Numbered from the stretch's first letter, positions 40,921 through 51,361 are shown. The stretch is 64,000 nt of DNA from Ignavibacteriota bacterium (GCA_963801355.1 CAWDEM010000004.1:138903-202902), one strand, 5' to 3'. The notes: generated by a model from the letters alone, not told the origin. Program-made: numbers and translations.

Positions 40921-43079
40921 CGCGGCCGAACAATCCCATGGCACAGAACATGGTGCCGCGCCATCGGGGGGGCACACGTGCGCGCGGGCTGAAAATCTTC
41001 CTGCTGTTCTGTTTCCTGTTAATGACGGCCCGTCTGGTGCATATCCAGATTGTCCGTGCGGGGGCCTACCGTGAGCAGGCGCGAAGGCAATATGAAGCCC
41101 GTATGACTCTCCCGGCGGCACGCGGGACGATCAGCGACAGAAACGGCAAACTCCTTGTGTCGAATACGTTATACGTTTCGTATGCCGCAGATCCTTTTAT
41201 CGCGGGAAGCGACCGGGACGACATCGCCACCCGGTTTGCCCGGGTGTTCAACAAGCCCCAGCGGGAATACATGGGCGATATGCGCGACGGAACACGGCGC
41301 TTCGTCTGGCTTGAACGGGGCGTCAACCCTTCGGTTGCCTCGCGCATTTCCGGACGTGATCTCCGGGGACTTATCGTCCGCAAAGAGCCGAAGCGGTTGT
41401 ATCACTACGACCGTGCCGCCGGACAGCTGATCGGAGTCACGGGCGTGGACAACGGTGGCCTGAGCGGTCTGGAGCAGCAGTTTGACAGGTGGCTCCGTGG
41501 TCATGACGGATTTGTGGTGCTTCAGCGTGATGCCCTGCGCAGGACGCGTCCTACGGTGGATTATCCCCGCACCGACCCCGTCGATGGCCAGAACCTTGTG
41601 CTCACCATTGATGCCGATATCCAGTCGGTGGTGGAAGAAGAACTCGAACGCGGCGTGAATCGGACCCAGGCAGAAGGCGGACAGGCCGTGATGGTGGATC
41701 CCGCCACGGGCGAGATCCTGGCGATGGCGACGTATCCGTCGATGAACCCGAACAAGACTTCGGACCTCGACCTGGCTGCGATGCGCAACCGGGTCATTAC
41801 CGATGTGTATGAACCCGGTTCTATTTTCAAACTTGTGACGATTTCCTCCGTCGTGGAACATGGTCTTGCCCGCCTGGACGAAAAGTTCAACGCCGAAAAC
41901 GGAACGTATCATGCACCGACCGGCAATGGCCGGACACGGGAAATCACCGACACGCATCCTCAAGCGACGCTGACATTTCAGGAGGCCGTCGAGCAGTCGA
42001 GCAATATCGTGATGGCCAAAGTGGCTCTCCGTATTGGTGCGGAACGACTGTTCCGCATGGCTCGCGCGTACGGCTTCGGTGCGCCGACAGGCATCGAGCT
42101 CCCCGCGGAGGCAGCCGGCGGTCTGAAGAAACCCAAGGACTGGTCGGGAACAACACTGCAATCGATGGCGTACGGGTATGAAGTGAGTGCGACGGCGCTT
42201 CAGATTGTCATGGGATATGCCGCGGTGGCAAACAAGGGCGTTCTCATGAAGCCCTTTGTCGTCCGTCAGGTGACAAACGGACAGGGTGAAGTGATTATGG
42301 ATGCAGAACCCCAGCGGGTCCGTCCCGTCATCTCGCCGCAAAGCGCCGCAACTCTGACGAAGCTCTTTGAAGGAGCGGTGGAACGCGGGACGGGCACACC
42401 GGCCAAACTGCCGGGGCTGCGCATCGCCGGCAAAACCGGTACCTCACGGTTGACCGTTGAAGGCCGCTACGCACCGGGGAACTATTCAGCCTCCTTTGTG
42501 GGATACTTTCCCGCAGAGGAACCGAAGATCGTTTGTCTGGTGGTGCTCGACCGGCCGCGTACGGGAAGCTATTACGGCGGACAGGCCAGCGCTCCGATTT
42601 TCAAAGCCATTGTGGAAAAGATTCGGACGATGGCTGGCCGGCTCCGCACGGTGTCGCCCTCGACGGTCATTGCCTCCGGTGATGTGCACAGGGTGCCGAA
42701 TGTGATGAACCTCCGGGCCGATGTCGCATCAACCCTTCTCGAAGGGGAGGAGTTCGTACCGGAAGTGTCCGGGGCGGGAACAATGATTGTCGCGCAGTCA
42801 CCTGCGCCGGGAATTCTGGTTCCTGTAAAGAGCACAGTGAAGCTCAGCACCAACGCGCTCTCCCGGACGGTTCCTGCAGGCTTCACGCTCGTTCCGGAGG
42901 TGCGCGGACTCCCGCTCCGCCGTGCCATCAACCAGCTGGCAACCCACCAGCTGGAATTCGCCATTGTCGGATCGGGAAACGTGCGTGCACAAGCGCCTCC
43001 GCCCGGAGAACAGGTGCGGCAGGGTACACAGGTAACATTGCGGTGTGAACCCCGGCCGGCAACGGCCGGCAATTCGTAG
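40917..43079 (+). CDS. ftsI: Penicillin-binding protein FtsI / PBP2-like transpeptidase with two C-terminal PASTA domains
   Basis: PBP dimerisation domain, transpeptidase motifs (STxK-like SIFK, SxN, KTG as KTGT); tandem PASTA-like C-terminus. Confidence 0.9.
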   Translation: MTRPNNPMAQNMVPRHRGGTRARGLKIFLLFCFLLMTARLVHIQIVRAGAYREQARRQYEARMTLPAARGTISDRNGKLLVSNTLYVSYAADPFIAGSDRDDIATRFARVFNKPQREYMGDMRDGTRRFVWLERGVNPSVASRISGRDLRGLIVRKEPKRLYHYDRAAGQLIGVTGVDNGGLSGLEQQFDRWLRGHDGFVVLQRDALRRTRPTVDYPRTDPVDGQNLVLTIDADIQSVVEEELERGVNRTQAEGGQAVMVDPATGEILAMATYPSMNPNKTSDLDLAAMRNRVITDVYEPGSIFKLVTISSVVEHGLARLDEKFNAENGTYHAPTGNGRTREITDTHPQATLTFQEAVEQSSNIVMAKVALRIGAERLFRMARAYGFGAPTGIELPAEAAGGLKKPKDWSGTTLQSMAYGYEVSATALQIVMGYAAVANKGVLMKPFVVRQVTNGQGEVIMDAEPQRVRPVISPQSAATLTKLFEGAVERGTGTPAKLPGLRIAGKTGTSRLTVEGRYAPGNYSASFVGYFPAEEPKIVCLVVLDRPRTGSYYGGQASAPIFKAIVEKIRTMAGRLRTVSPSTVIASGDVHRVPNVMNLRADVASTLLEGEEFVPEVSGAGTMIVAQSPAPGILVPVKSTVKLSTNALSRTVPAGFTLVPEVRGLPLRRAINQLATHQLEFAIVGSGNVRAQAPPPGEQVRQGTQVTLRCEPRPATAGNS

Positions 43080-43086
43080 GTAGACC

Positions 43087-44595
43087 GTGCTCCTCGGCCG
43101 ATTGCTGGACGGCGTCGCTGTCAGCAAACTCTTCATGTTGCAATACGGCGCTCTGGCGCAGGTGCAGGACGTCGAAGTGCGCGCGGTGCAGTACGACTCA
43201 CGGAGAGTCGATCACGGCGATCTGTTTGTCGCCATCCCCGGGACCTCGGTGAACGGCCAGCGTTTTGTCGATGACGCGATCGGCCGCGGTGCGGTGGCCG
43301 TGGTGCTCGAGGATGATATGGCGGTGCCGGACGCGTTGTTTCTGCACACGCGCGTGGTGAAGATTGTCGTTCCCAGCGCACGCAGAGCGCTCGCAGATCT
43401 GGCCGCGAACGCATACGGCCATCCGTCTCACCGCCTGCGTCTCGTCGGTGTCACGGGGACCAACGGAAAGACAACGACAACCCACCTGATCAAGGCGGCA
43501 CTGGAAGCCAACGGCGAACGGGTCGGTCTGATTGGCACGATTCACTATGATCTGGGAGATGCGCTGGTGCAGGCGACACACACGACACCCGAGTCGCTCG
43601 AACTGAACGCAATGCTCCAGACCATGATCGAACATGGTTGCACGGCGGCGGTCATGGAAGTCTCATCGCATGCACTGGCACAACACCGCGTCCACGGAGT
43701 CCGCTTCGCGGCCGGTGTCTTCACGAATCTCACACAGGATCATCTGGATTATCACGGGACCATGGACGAGTATTGCGCGGCAAAAAGGCAACTCTTCAGC
43801 GGTCTTCCGGCTGATGCCGTCGCGGTGATCAATGCCGATGATCCGCGTGGTGATGAAATGGCGAAGGGAATCCGGGCGCAGGTCGTCCGCTACAGCATGA
43901 AATCGCACGCCGACATCAGCGCCGGGGACGTATCCATGAGTGTCCGGGGGATGGAGTTTACCGTGTCGATGCCCGGCGGATCAACCTCTGTGCGGACCGC
44001 ATTGATCGGCGGATTCAATGTCGCGAACATCCTCGCTGCGATGGGAGCAGCGACGGCGGTGGGTGTGCCGCCGGACATCGCCGCCCAAGGCGTCAGCTCG
44101 GTAAAAGCCGTGCGCGGGCGTTTCGAACAGATGGTTTCACCCGCCGGCTGGACCGCGATCATTGATTACGCCCATACTCCGGATGCACTTGAGAATACCC
44201 TGCGGGCGATACGGCAGTTGAGCGGTGCGGACAATCACGGGCGCATTATCACGGTGTTCGGATGCGGCGGAGACCGCGATCGCGGCAAACGGCCCCGGAT
44301 GGGACGCATCGCCTCCACGATGAGCGATGTCACCATTGTGACATCGGACAATCCGCGGACCGAAGATCCGCTGGCGATCATCCGGGAAATCTGCGAGGGC
44401 CTGGTCAGCGGTGCGACTGTGCATACCAACGCCGACCGCCGGGCGGCCATTGCCCAGGCACTGACCATGGCGGGTCCCGGCGATGTGGTGCTCATTGCCG
44501 GCAAGGGACACGAAACCTACCAGGTGATCGGCACCACCAGAACGCACCTGGACGACCGGGAAGAAGTGGACGCATTCATGCGCGCGCACCGATGA
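43087..44595 (+). CDS. murE: UDP-N-acetylmuramoyl-L-alanyl-D-glutamate--2,6-diaminopimelate ligase
   Basis: Mur ligase fold; GVTGTNGKTTTT; DNPR motif consistent with DAP specificity. Confidence 0.9.
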   Translation: MLLGRLLDGVAVSKLFMLQYGALAQVQDVEVRAVQYDSRRVDHGDLFVAIPGTSVNGQRFVDDAIGRGAVAVVLEDDMAVPDALFLHTRVVKIVVPSARRALADLAANAYGHPSHRLRLVGVTGTNGKTTTTHLIKAALEANGERVGLIGTIHYDLGDALVQATHTTPESLELNAMLQTMIEHGCTAAVMEVSSHALAQHRVHGVRFAAGVFTNLTQDHLDYHGTMDEYCAAKRQLFSGLPADAVAVINADDPRGDEMAKGIRAQVVRYSMKSHADISAGDVSMSVRGMEFTVSMPGGSTSVRTALIGGFNVANILAAMGAATAVGVPPDIAAQGVSSVKAVRGRFEQMVSPAGWTAIIDYAHTPDALENTLRAIRQLSGADNHGRIITVFGCGGDRDRGKRPRMGRIASTMSDVTIVTSDNPRTEDPLAIIREICEGLVSGATVHTNADRRAAIAQALTMAGPGDVVLIAGKGHETYQVIGTTRTHLDDREEVDAFMRAHR

Positions 44596-45998
44596 AATTG
44601 ACGCTCGCCGATCTGCGCAGGATTCCCCATCGGGCGCTCACCGTTCCACCGGGCGCTGCACGATGGACCGCAGCGGGAATCTCCACGGACACACGGACGG
44701 TCACGCCGGGCATGGTGTATGTCGCGCTGCGCGGAGAGCACTTTGACGGGCATCAGTTTCTCGGGGATGCCGTTGCGCATGGTGCGTCGGCGCTGGTCGT
44801 GCACGCGGACGGTGCAGCTGGAGCGCCCGCGGACATTCCGGTGCTTGTCGTCGAGGATACCACAGCCGCCCTCGCCGCCCTGGCGCAGCAACACCGGGAG
44901 CGTTTCGACATCCCGGTGATTGCCATCGGCGGAAGCAACGGCAAGACCACGACGAAGGAGATGATCGCGGGCATTCTCGCGACACGCTTCAACGTGCTGG
45001 CCACCCGGGGAAATCTGAATAATCAGATCGGGGTCCCGCAGACGCTGTTCGGACTCGATCGCACACATGAGGTCGCGGTGGTGGAAGTGGGAACGAACCA
45101 TCCGGGTGAACTTGCGGTGCTGTGCCGCATGGTGCGGCCGACACACGTGCTCCTGACAAACATCGGTCATGAGCATCTGGAGTTCTTCGGTTCACTGGAA
45201 GGCGTGCTGGAAGAGGAGTCCATGCTGTGGCGTTGGGCGGAGCCCAAGAGCCGGGTGATAGCATTTATCAATACTGACGATCCCCTGTTGCGCAAGGCCG
45301 CACATGGTCTCAAGCGAACGATCACGTACGGGTTCGGAAGGCGGAAGGTCCGTGTGCGTGGCTCTGCTCTCCGGATCGGGGACCGGGGATGCCCCGCGTT
45401 CCGGTTCCGTGGAGGACGGATGCGCGCACGCGCGGAGATCGCTCTCAACGTTCCGGGCATACATAACGCCCATAATGCACTCGCGGCCGCCGCCGTCGGC
45501 GTCGCCTTGCATGTGCCGCCGGCGGACATCGTCGGCGCACTGCAGAATTTCCGCGCACCGGGCAAGCGGATGGAAGTGATACAGATCGGTGATGTGACGG
45601 TAGTGAACGATGCGTACAACGCGAACGGTGATTCAACCATTGCCGCGCTGCACACGCTTGCCGGGATGCCCTCACGCGGGCACCGCATTGCCGTTCTTGC
45701 CGACATGCTGGAACTCGGAGCGCACAGCAGGGAGGAACATGCGCGCGTTGGTGCAGCGGCGGCAGCACTGCATATTGACTATGTGCTCACCTGCGGAGCA
45801 TTGGCCGTGGAAATCTCGCGCGCGGCCGCCGGATGCGTGACGATGCACTACGACCAGAAAAACATGCTTGCGGAATACCTGACCGAACTCGTGGCTCCGG
45901 GCGATGTGGTCCTGGTCAAAGGTTCGCGGGGGATGGCCATGGAGGATATTGTGGTGTTTCTGCAGCAGCGGCTGGAGGCGACATCACCGGCGGCATAA
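44592..45998 (+). CDS. murF: UDP-N-acetylmuramoyl-tripeptide--D-alanyl-D-alanine ligase
   Basis: Start MKLTLADLRR (ATG 44592 overlapping the murE stop); IGGSNGKTTTKE. Confidence 0.9.
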   Translation: MKLTLADLRRIPHRALTVPPGAARWTAAGISTDTRTVTPGMVYVALRGEHFDGHQFLGDAVAHGASALVVHADGAAGAPADIPVLVVEDTTAALAALAQQHRERFDIPVIAIGGSNGKTTTKEMIAGILATRFNVLATRGNLNNQIGVPQTLFGLDRTHEVAVVEVGTNHPGELAVLCRMVRPTHVLLTNIGHEHLEFFGSLEGVLEEESMLWRWAEPKSRVIAFINTDDPLLRKAAHGLKRTITYGFGRRKVRVRGSALRIGDRGCPAFRFRGGRMRARAEIALNVPGIHNAHNALAAAAVGVALHVPPADIVGALQNFRAPGKRMEVIQIGDVTVVNDAYNANGDSTIAALHTLAGMPSRGHRIAVLADMLELGAHSREEHARVGAAAAALHIDYVLTCGALAVEISRAAAGCVTMHYDQKNMLAEYLTELVAPGDVVLVKGSRGMAMEDIVVFLQQRLEATSPAA

Positions 45999-46027
45999 CA
46001 CGGCACAGCGACCAGAACGGATGACGC

Positions 46028-47152
46028 ATGCTGTATATACTCCTTGAATGGATCGAACGCGTTGCCCACCCGCCCGGATTCGGGATGGTGCGCTATATCA
46101 CGTTCCGCGCCGCCGCCGCCGCCGTCACCGCGCTGTTGATGGCATTCTGGCTCGGACCCAAGATCATCCGCGCCCTGCGCGATCGCCAGATCGGTGAAGC
46201 GGCAAAGCTGGAGGCGCCCAAAACGCATCTGACCAAAGCCGGCACACCGACAATGGGCGGATTGATTGTGCTTGCGTCGGTCCTGGTGCCGACACTGCTC
46301 TGGGGCAATATCACGAACATGTACGTGGTGCTGATCCTCTTCGTCACGGCGGCACTCGGCGCGGTGGGGTTTCTGGACGACTATCTTAAAGTGATCAGGA
46401 AGAAACCCAAAGGACTTATCGGTCGCTACAAGATCGTGGGACAGGTGGTCGTGGGATTGGTCGTGGGATCGGTCATTTATTTTGCCCCCCAGTGGATTGA
46501 TGCGGATTTGTGGAAGCTGAGCTCATCGACGACCGTACCGTTCTTCAAAAATCTGGAATTCGATTTCGGGCGGCTCTACATCCCGGTGGTGGTCTTTGTG
46601 ATTGTCGCGACGTCCAACGCGGTCAACCTGACGGACGGCCTGGACGGTCTGGCGATCGGCACGGTGGCGATCGTGGTATTGACGCTGGGGATCATGAGTT
46701 ACATTTCGGGCAATGCGGTGCTCAGTCAGTACCTCACGATTCCGTACCTGCGCGGGAATGGCGAGCTGACGGTGTTCTGCGCTGCTCTTGTCGGCGCTGC
46801 GCTGGGTTTTCTCTGGTTCAACGCCTACCCGGCACAGGTCTTCATGGGGGACACCGGTTCGCTGGCGCTCGGCGGAGCCGTGGGAGCGCTCTGTGTCCTG
46901 ATCAAGAAAGAACTGCTGCTGCCGACACTCGGCGGCATCTTTCTGGCGGAGACGGTTTCCGTGATCATTCAGCGCCTGTATTTCAAGTACACGAGGCGCA
47001 AATACGGGGAAGGCCGCAGGGTCTTCCGGATGGCTCCCCTGCATCACCATTTCGAACTTCTGGGATGGCCGGAGCCGAAAATTGTCACACGCTTCTATAT
47101 CGTCGCCATACTGCTGATGATCATCAGCCTGGCGACATTCAAGGTGCGGTGA
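46028..47152 (+). CDS. mraY: Phospho-N-acetylmuramoyl-pentapeptide transferase
   Basis: Ten-TM MraY with conserved NAVNLTDGLDGLA and HHHFEL motifs. Confidence 0.95.
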   Translation: MLYILLEWIERVAHPPGFGMVRYITFRAAAAAVTALLMAFWLGPKIIRALRDRQIGEAAKLEAPKTHLTKAGTPTMGGLIVLASVLVPTLLWGNITNMYVVLILFVTAALGAVGFLDDYLKVIRKKPKGLIGRYKIVGQVVVGLVVGSVIYFAPQWIDADLWKLSSSTTVPFFKNLEFDFGRLYIPVVVFVIVATSNAVNLTDGLDGLAIGTVAIVVLTLGIMSYISGNAVLSQYLTIPYLRGNGELTVFCAALVGAALGFLWFNAYPAQVFMGDTGSLALGGAVGALCVLIKKELLLPTLGGIFLAETVSVIIQRLYFKYTRRKYGEGRRVFRMAPLHHHFELLGWPEPKIVTRFYIVAILLMIISLATFKVR

Positions 47153-47156
47153 TTGC

Positions 47157-48530
47157 GTGATCCCGTCCCACATACAGGGAAAGCGTTGTGCGGTGATCGG
47201 TGCGGCGCGCAGCGGCGTGGCGGTGGCCCGCCTGCTGCATGGTGCCGGCGTGCCGGTGTTTGTCAGCGACCACGCGCCCCGCGAGAAGAAGCCGGATGCA
47301 GCCCGCGCACTGGAACAGCTCGGGGTGCCTCATGAGTTCGGCGGTCACAGTGCCCGGCTTCTGGATGCGGACATTATCGTCATCAGCCCCGGTGTGCCGG
47401 ATACGGTCCCGGTGGTGCAGCAGGCGCTTCAGCGCGGCATCACGGTGGTCAGCGAGCTTGAAGTGTCGAGCTGGTTCTGCCCCGGTCCCATTGTGGCAAT
47501 CACGGGTACCAACGGCAAGACCACAACGACGACTCTGTGCGGGCGGATATTCGAAGATGCCCGGAAGCCCGTGGTGGTGGGAGGCAACATCGATCCGGCA
47601 TTCGCCGATGTGGTGGGCGGCATGACACCCGGGCACACCGCGATCCTGGAAGTAAGCAGTTTTCAATTGGATCATGTGGCCTCGTTCCGCCCGCGCGTAG
47701 CGGTCGTGCTGAATATCACGCCGGATCATATGGACCGGTACGGACATGATTTCTCGAAATACATTGCAAGCAAGTGCCGTGTATTTGCGCAGCAGTGCGC
47801 GGGAGATGCGGTGATTTATAACAATGATGATGAAGTCACGCGGCAGGCGGTGGAGGAACGTCTGCCGGCCGGCGTGCACCGTCTGCCCTTCAGCGTCCGG
47901 CACACGCTGACGGAGGGAGCCTGGCTGGCGGAAAGGACGCTTGCCACGTCCATTCACGGACTGCGCACAGACGTCATCGCAGCGGACGAGATCAGCATCC
48001 CCGGAACACACAACCTGTACAACGCCATGGCCGCTACGCTGGCAGCACAGGTCATGGGGGTAAGCACGGCATCCATACGCGCAACGCTGCGCGACTTCAA
48101 AGGCGTGGAGCACCGCCTGGAAATGGTGCGGACGGTTGGCGGGGTCACGTACGTCAACGACTCCAAAGCCACCAATGTCGATTCGGTCTGGTATGCATTG
48201 CAGAGTTACACTGCGCCGCTGGTCCTCCTGCTGGGGGGGCGCGACAAAGGGAACGACTATGCGCGGCTCCGGGAGCCCGTCCGGGACCATGTCAAGGCCA
48301 TCGTCGCCATCGGTGAATCGGCCGGCAAGGTGCAGTCGGCGTTTGCCGACATTGTGGCGGTGGACATAGCAACATCAATGGAACAGGCGGTGCGTCTGGC
48401 AACCGGTCGCGCGGCACGTGGCGACATCGTGCTGCTCTCGCCGGCCTGCGCATCGTTCGACTGGTTTGACAATTACGAACACCGCGGCAGGGTGTTCAAA
48501 GAAATTGTGTGCGCGCTTCCGGGTGCATGA
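47157..48530 (+). CDS. murD: UDP-N-acetylmuramoylalanine--D-glutamate ligase
   Basis: GTG start; Rossmann N-terminus IGAARSGVAVARLL; GTNGKTTTT. Confidence 0.9.
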   Translation: MIPSHIQGKRCAVIGAARSGVAVARLLHGAGVPVFVSDHAPREKKPDAARALEQLGVPHEFGGHSARLLDADIIVISPGVPDTVPVVQQALQRGITVVSELEVSSWFCPGPIVAITGTNGKTTTTTLCGRIFEDARKPVVVGGNIDPAFADVVGGMTPGHTAILEVSSFQLDHVASFRPRVAVVLNITPDHMDRYGHDFSKYIASKCRVFAQQCAGDAVIYNNDDEVTRQAVEERLPAGVHRLPFSVRHTLTEGAWLAERTLATSIHGLRTDVIAADEISIPGTHNLYNAMAATLAAQVMGVSTASIRATLRDFKGVEHRLEMVRTVGGVTYVNDSKATNVDSVWYALQSYTAPLVLLLGGRDKGNDYARLREPVRDHVKAIVAIGESAGKVQSAFADIVAVDIATSMEQAVRLATGRAARGDIVLLSPACASFDWFDNYEHRGRVFKEIVCALPGA

Positions 48531-49723
48531 GTATGTGGACCTCGAAAGTACAGAAGAACCATATCGACCTGATCACGCTGATTGCGGCGCTCTTTCTTAT
48601 GGTCATGAGCGTAGGCATCGTGTACAGCGCAAGCTCCAGCTACGCACTGCAGCGGTGGGGCGAGAGCGGAAGGCTGCTGGGGAGTCATGCCGCAAAGGTG
48701 ATCGCCGGATTCCTGGTCATGTTTGTTGCGATGCAGGTGGACTATCACCTGCTGAAAAAGATTTCCAAACCACTCCTGATCACGATTGTGCTGCTGCTTG
48801 TCGTCACCCGGCTCACCGGAGGCGAGGTGCACGGTGCGGCGCGATGGCTCCGCATCGGCGGCTTCGGCCTGCAACCTTCGGAGTTTGCCCGCTTTGCCCT
48901 TATTGTCCACCTCGCGCTGCTGATGTCGCTGCGCGGGGAACGGGTGCGGGATTTCAAGACGGGATATCTCCCGCTGATGATCTGGGTCGGCCTGGTGACC
49001 GCCCTGGTGCTGGTCCAGCCCGGGTTCAGCACAGGATCGATGATCTTTGCCGTGAGCATGATCATGCTGTTTCTCGGCGGCGTGAAGCTGAGCCATCTGG
49101 GTCTGACATTAAGCGCGTTGATACCCGCGTTGCTGGTGTATATGGTCAGCGCGGAATACCGAATGACCCGGGTGGTGGATTTCGTCCGGGGAGTGTTCAC
49201 TGAATCCGGCGTGACCAGAATCAACCACCAGGTCTTTCAGGGATTGATCGGATTTGCGAACGGCGGTTTGCTCGGCCTCGGTCCGGGAAACAGCAGGCAA
49301 CGCGACCTGTTTCTCCCGGAGCCGTACGGGGATTTCGTCTATCCCATTATCGGTGAGGAATACGGTTTGCTGGGCGCCGTCGCCGTGCTCGCAATCTTTG
49401 TGGTACTCCTGGTGCGCGGCATGAAGATCGCGAATCATGCACGGGATGAGTTCGGGCGGTACCTGGCCCTCGGCATCACCTGCAGTATCACGCTGTACGC
49501 CCTGGTGAATGCCGGTGTCACGCTCGGCGTTCTCCCGACAACAGGTCTGCCGATGCCGTTCATCAGCTACGGCGGATCATCCATGCTCGTGAGTTCCATG
49601 ATGATCGGCGTGCTGTTGAACATCTCCGCACAGACCGACCTCTACCCCCGGCAGACGGCGGGTGCGGATGGAACCGTGCCGCTGCGGACCGACCGTGCAC
49701 CGGCAGTGGGAAAGGTCTACTGA
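48527..49723 (+). CDS. ftsW: Cell division protein FtsW (SEDS family)
   Basis: ATG overlapping the murD stop (ATGA); multi-TM SEDS protein. Confidence 0.9.
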   Translation: MSMWTSKVQKNHIDLITLIAALFLMVMSVGIVYSASSSYALQRWGESGRLLGSHAAKVIAGFLVMFVAMQVDYHLLKKISKPLLITIVLLLVVTRLTGGEVHGAARWLRIGGFGLQPSEFARFALIVHLALLMSLRGERVRDFKTGYLPLMIWVGLVTALVLVQPGFSTGSMIFAVSMIMLFLGGVKLSHLGLTLSALIPALLVYMVSAEYRMTRVVDFVRGVFTESGVTRINHQVFQGLIGFANGGLLGLGPGNSRQRDLFLPEPYGDFVYPIIGEEYGLLGAVAVLAIFVVLLVRGMKIANHARDEFGRYLALGITCSITLYALVNAGVTLGVLPTTGLPMPFISYGGSSMLVSSMMIGVLLNISAQTDLYPRQTAGADGTVPLRTDRAPAVGKVY

Positions 49724-49725
49724 GC

Positions 49726-50820
49726 ATGTCGCGGCGGGTACTGTTTGCATGCGGAGGAACCGGCGGGCACGTGTTTCCCGCTCTGGCCATTGCGGAGGCC
49801 TTGCAGCGGACAGCGCTGGATGTGGAGATACTGTTTGTGGGTACGCGCGGACGGATTGAAGCGCGGGTCGTGCCGGCGCATGGTTTTCCGTTCATGAGCA
49901 TATGGATTGCCGGATTCAGCCGTCGCCTGTCGGCCGGGACGCTGTTGTTCCCATTGAAGCTGATGGTCTCGCTGGTGCAGTCCCTGGTGTTGCTGCTCCG
50001 TTTCCGGCCGTCGGTTGTTGTCGGCACAGGAGGGTATGTGAGCGGGCCGCCGGTGTTCGTGGCGACGCTCCTGGGGATTCCGACGGTGGTGCAGGAACAA
50101 AACAGCTATCCGGGAATAACAACCCGTTTGCTGGCGGGTCGCGTTCGCGAAGTACACATAGCGTTTGAAGCGACCAGGAAGTTTCTCCGGCGGAGCCGTG
50201 GAGTATTTCTTTCCGGAACTCCGATCAGGGCGGCCGTAGGAACGCTGGCGCGGCCGGAGAGCCTGCAGCGGCTCGGACTTCTTCCGGGGCGGCACACCGT
50301 GCTTGTCGTGGGCGGGAGCCAGGGCGCGGCATCCATCAACGATGCCCTGCTTGCCGCGCCGGATCTGTTGAGCCGGACGGATGTGCAGATACTCTGGTTG
50401 ACCGGCGCATCGGAGCTTGCACGGGTACAACAACGTGTCGCGGCATTGCCCGGGAGCGCGGGTATCCACCTCCGCGGATTTCTGGAACAGATGCCCCTGG
50501 CCTATGCAGCGGCGGATCTGGTTGTGTGCCGTGCGGGGGCGTCAACACTGGCAGAAGTACTCTGTGCGGGATTGCCGGCGGTGCTTGTACCGTATCCCTA
50601 TGCGGCGGCAGACCATCAGACGCTGAATGCCCGGACGCTTGCCGCGGCCGGTGCAGCGGTACTCGTTCCTGACGCGGATGTACAAGAGCGGCTCGGGAAG
50701 GAAATCCGGGAGATACTCGCCCATCCCGAGCGCCGGGAGGCGATGGGTACGGCCGCCCGGGCGCTGGCGCTGCCTGACGCAGCGCGGACTATCGCGAATG
50801 CAGTGCTGAAACTCATGTGA
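49726..50820 (+). CDS. murG: UDP-N-acetylglucosamine--N-acetylmuramyl-(pentapeptide) pyrophosphoryl-undecaprenol N-acetylglucosamine transferase
   Basis: GT28 N-terminus FACGGTGGHVFPALAIAEAL. Confidence 0.9.
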   Translation: MSRRVLFACGGTGGHVFPALAIAEALQRTALDVEILFVGTRGRIEARVVPAHGFPFMSIWIAGFSRRLSAGTLLFPLKLMVSLVQSLVLLLRFRPSVVVGTGGYVSGPPVFVATLLGIPTVVQEQNSYPGITTRLLAGRVREVHIAFEATRKFLRRSRGVFLSGTPIRAAVGTLARPESLQRLGLLPGRHTVLVVGGSQGAASINDALLAAPDLLSRTDVQILWLTGASELARVQQRVAALPGSAGIHLRGFLEQMPLAYAAADLVVCRAGASTLAEVLCAGLPAVLVPYPYAAADHQTLNARTLAAAGAAVLVPDADVQERLGKEIREILAHPERREAMGTAARALALPDAARTIANAVLKLM

Positions 50821-50827
50821 CAAGACT

Positions 50828-51334
50828 ATGGCGGATGAGGGAAAAATATTCAAGTACAAACTCGACTTCTACTACCAGTCAGCGCTCATCTATCTTCTCA
50901 CGTTGATTGTGTATGGTGGCATCCGCGGCAATTTCGTCGAGGCCGAGTTCAAGTACGTGTTGCATGATCCCTTGATGTATGTCATTGTCTTCTTCGTGGT
51001 GATGTCATTTGTGACGTTGCTGCTCAATATGGCGCGCAACCGGCGCCTGATCATCACCCAGGATGCGGTCATCTTCAAACACCGGTGGGACGAACGCCGC
51101 ATCGCCATCGGGGAGATCGAATGGATGCACATCGGCCGGGAAGCCGGCGTGCAAACCAGCGGCCGTTTCCAGGTCATCCTGATCAAACTGAACGACAAAC
51201 GGCGCGCCTACCGTATCCGCGTCGGACGCTATGAGCGGGAAAAAGAACTTGTGCAGGAAATGCAGGCCATTGCTGCGCGTGTGCCGGGGCGCAAGCGGCG
51301 TGTGTGGCGACGGCCCCGGATCACAGACCGGTAA
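50828..51334 (+). CDS. Small membrane protein with two N-terminal TM helices and a bacterial PH-like beta-rich domain (bPH_2 / YdbS-like), inserted between murG and murC
   Basis: 168 aa; TM helices SALIYLLTLIVYGGI and LMYVIVFFVVMSFVTLLLNM; beta-strand pattern LIITQDAVIF...IAIGEIEWMHI...FQVILIKLN; 7-bp and 27-bp gaps to neighbouring dcw genes. Confidence 0.65.
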   Translation: MADEGKIFKYKLDFYYQSALIYLLTLIVYGGIRGNFVEAEFKYVLHDPLMYVIVFFVVMSFVTLLLNMARNRRLIITQDAVIFKHRWDERRIAIGEIEWMHIGREAGVQTSGRFQVILIKLNDKRRAYRIRVGRYEREKELVQEMQAIAARVPGRKRRVWRRPRITDR

Positions 51335-51361
51335 TGATACAGCGACAGAGAGAGTACACGC

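Noticed and set aside
44262-45998. 578-aa ORF as the full MurF
   Set aside because: The upstream 110 codons overlap murE in another frame and are Arg/Pro-rich. MurF homology begins at MKLTLADL (44592), whose ATG overlaps the murE stop.
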